Positions 61,977 to 64,000 of a stretch of 64,000 bases of DNA are shown here, in pieces (the first letter of the stretch is position 1; every line of letters begins with the position of its first letter). The notes beneath the pieces were generated by a model. That model had not been told where the DNA came from and did not search any database. It worked only from the letters and a program-made list of their open reading frames with translations. The stretch lies in NCBI GenBank assembly GCA_965113315.1, contig OZ220370.1; one strand, 5' to 3'. Source of the stretch: Podarcis vaucheri. Lineage: Eukaryota. Made by a program: the position numbers and the translations under genes.

Positions 61977-62066
61977 TTACAACAAATCTGTCTCTTTTAT
62001 GGGTGGGAGGCTATCTGTGGGCCTGCTAGTAGACTGTTCCCTGCTTTCAGTGCTCCTTGCTAGTCA
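61977..62066 (-). CDS. AQP4: AQP4 stop-codon readthrough extension (AQP4ex-type), 29 aa: X-LARSTESREQSTSRPTDSLPPIKETDLL
   Basis: TGA (62066-62064) is followed by CTAG. The frame stays open for 28 more codons to TAA (61979-61977). Length and the C-terminal LPPIKETDLL match the mammalian AQP4ex extension as I recall it. Confidence 0.88.
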
Positions 62067-62342
62067 TACAGATGATAGCACCTCATTGGTTGGGTCTCTA
62101 CCCTTCTTATCATCACCTCTCTCAAGGTCAATGACGTGGACCATTCCAGGCTTCAGAAGCAAATCATCTGTCTCCACCTGGCTCCTGGTGTCTTCAACTT
62201 CTATGTATTTCCCTTTGGACTGCTGGCTCGTTTTAGTAAACGCTTCTTTGAGCCGCTGTTTGAATTCAGCATCAGGACAGTAGACATATTCATAAAGGGC
62301 GCCTGCAAGAACTGCTCCTATAATTGGTCCCACCCAATATAT
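62064..62342 (-). CDS. AQP4: Aquaporin-4, terminal coding exon (TM6 end plus cytoplasmic C-tail, 92 aa + TGA); partial gene, upstream exons outside window
   Basis: Translation IYWVGPIIGAVLAGALYEYVYCPD...ETDDLLLKPG...EVLSSV* matches the AQP4 C-terminus, including the -SSV PDZ ligand. Preceded on the minus strand by a polypyrimidine tract and acceptor (ttctttatccctgttttgtgcag|ATA), phase 0. Confidence 0.98.
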   Translation of the reverse strand: MYWVGPIIGAVLAGALYEYVYCPDAEFKQRLKEAFTKTSQQSKGKYIEVEDTRSQVETDDLLLKPGMVHVIDLERGDDKKGRDPTNEVLSSV

Positions 62343-62822
62343 CTGCACAAAACAGGGATAAAGAAACATACATTAAGCAAGGATTGGGAGTACCGTTTCA
62401 AAGAAATGTCAAGAGTCCAATAAGGAAGTTGGGTGTTACCAAGGTTAGCATAGTTGGTGCTTCTCTTATTTGGTGCTACAGGAAATCTTAACAACCTTCC
62501 CAGTTTAGCAGGGCTTGGATGTGTAAATGGCACATCAGAGGCTTTGCTGGCACAGTATGTGAACACATGTGTTCAGCCAAGCCACATGAACAAATGTTTT
62601 ATAAATACCTGGAATGCTGCGTCTTTTATAGGCATAGGAGCACATACAGACACAGAATGATAAACTCACACCCAAGAACCTTAATTAGGCTGACTGAAGA
62701 ATAGCTAGTATTCTCTTGAATTCTGATTGGATGATGCTTTGTCATTTGTATCAGCAATGCCTTTGTTCATGAATCAATCAGCATAAAATAGCTTTGGATG
62801 AAACTAAATCAATACAACACAC

Positions 62823-63337
62823 TGTTGCACGCCACCCCAACCGCTGAGCGGTGTGAGAGTCCAGCAGTTCCAGGCACTTACCCAGGGTTTGGTTTCCTTG
62901 GAATGAGGGACAGCGGAGACTGTGGTGTCTTTAGGATATACAGTTTATTTACACATATATACAACCTTAGCCTATGATGGAGGGGTTCACAGCATTAACA
63001 CCCAACTGGGTCTTTTTTCTCCCAATAATCACAGCCTTGGATTACAGCAGAAATCAGGCATGGCTCTGTCTCTCAGGCTTCCCAGCCAGCTTCTTCCCAC
63101 TTCAAGCTTCTAGCTCACATGCCTCAACTCAGGCCTTTGTCTTTCTAACTAACTAACTAACAGTTGAGGTAGTGAGGCCCATCCATCTACTCTCTGCTAT
63201 GGAGCCACTTCCTTTGTTACCTTAACAACCCATACTTAGTGGGTGATTACCAATAAACTTGTCTGGCTATTACAGAAAGTGGATCCTTGTTGGAAGTGAC
63301 TCAGGCATACAGCCTACCCCCCCCCCAACTCACAACA
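62823..63337 (-). mobile_element. Solo LTR (~515 bp, Gypsy/ERV-like) in the AQP4 intron
   Basis: TGTTG...CAACA inverted termini, near-TSD ACAC/ATAC, AATAAA on the minus strand at 62944-62949. Confidence 0.7.
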
Positions 63338-63369
63338 ATACAAACACCTGAAGTCAAACAACTGGTACC

Positions 63370-63554
63370 TAGATTCAGGTAGGTAGCCGTGTTGGTCTGA
63401 CGCAGTTGAAATAAATTAAAATATTGTCCATTGGCTCCTTAGAGGCCAACTAAGTTTGTTCTGGGTATAAGCATGCACATGAAAGCTTATACCCAGAATA
63501 AACTTAGTTGGTCTCTAAGGTGCTACTGGACAATTTTTTTATTTATTTCAACTG
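63370..63554. mobile_element. Penelope-derived fold-back element (inverted pLTR ends)
   Basis: 70-bp inverted arms containing gaaagcttat...tagttggtctctaaggtgctac, similar to the PLE end at 38520-38570. Confidence 0.75.
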
Positions 63555-64000
63555 ACACTTATGTTGCCAGCATATCCCAGCAGTTTCCTAATACTAAGAA
63601 AGGAAATCTGGTGAGCAATTGAAAGCAAGCCTAGAAACATACACTCATGAAGACACACCTAAGGTTCTATGATGGCATTCCAGCAGAACCTTCTGAAATC
63701 TATCTAATTAGATCAGTTAGTTACAGGAGACAACTGACATTTGTAGGAGCATCCTGTTTAAGTACAAGTTCTTATAGATTGCATTGATTCTGTTTCAATA
63801 CAGAATCAAACTTAATATAGGTAATGTCTCACTTTGACTCATCTTGGAACATGTGGGTTGTTTTTTTTTTTACAATCAAGTAGTATATATTTTTTTGAAA
63901 TAAATAAAATACATGATGGTAATAATACCGCTATTGATGGTGGAGGAAGCCATAGATGAGCCTTGTCCTCCACAAATTTGTCTAATCCTAAACCAGCAGG

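Larger units (their letters stand above)
62343..64000 (-). other. AQP4: AQP4 last intron (3' part)
   Basis: Lies upstream of the splice acceptor at 62343-62344; no NPA-motif exon found in this interval. Confidence 0.85.

Noticed and set aside
62064-62066. UGA as a selenocysteine codon
   Set aside because: No SECIS recognised, AQP4 is not a known selenoprotein, and the CUAG context already explains the recoding.
62343-62369. ORF-track start MFLYPCFVQ as the AQP4 N-terminus
   Set aside because: This is the intronic polypyrimidine tract and acceptor; AQP4 homology begins at IYWVGP.
62875-62960. TGG|GTAAGT as the donor of the preceding AQP4 exon
   Set aside because: The upstream frame has no NPARSFGPA/NHW sequence, contains a stop, and lies inside an LTR.
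63460-63495. Active hammerhead ribozyme (also at 38510-38530)
   Set aside because: Only the GAAA half remains; the CUGANGA core and stem II are missing or collapsed.
1-64000. CRISPR array, prokaryotic operon or defence system
   Set aside because: Eukaryotic repeat-rich DNA; no regularly spaced repeat-spacer array and no dense gene packing.

Overview
Vertebrate (squamate) genomic DNA, most likely a lacertid lizard, inferred from Sauria/Squam SINEs, Bov-B and young L2 LINEs. The only host protein-coding sequence is the terminal exon of aquaporin-4 (AQP4) on the minus strand (62064-62342). It is followed by a probable ~4 kb 3'UTR; the upstream exons lie beyond the window. The AQP4 stop codon sits in the UGA-CUAG readthrough context and is followed by an open 29-codon extension ending LPPIKETDLL, so the mammalian AQP4ex readthrough system appears intact in this lizard. 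The remaining ~58 kb is intergenic and rich in transposon relics: a young 5'-truncated L2 with an unbroken 698-aa RT ORF, other L2/CR1/L1/RTE/Bov-B fragments, a decayed Penelope-like element, SINEs, MITEs and solo LTRs. There are also a few repeat-poor, motif-rich blocks that may be conserved non-coding elements, and one assembly gap (2088-2223). No CRISPR, rRNA or genuine tRNA genes are seen. I found no clearly novel multi-gene system. The best signals are the conserved readthrough, covarying LINE/SINE 3' stem-loops, and structured or regulatory TE insertions in and near AQP4. Repeat family names are from recalled consensus features, not database searches.
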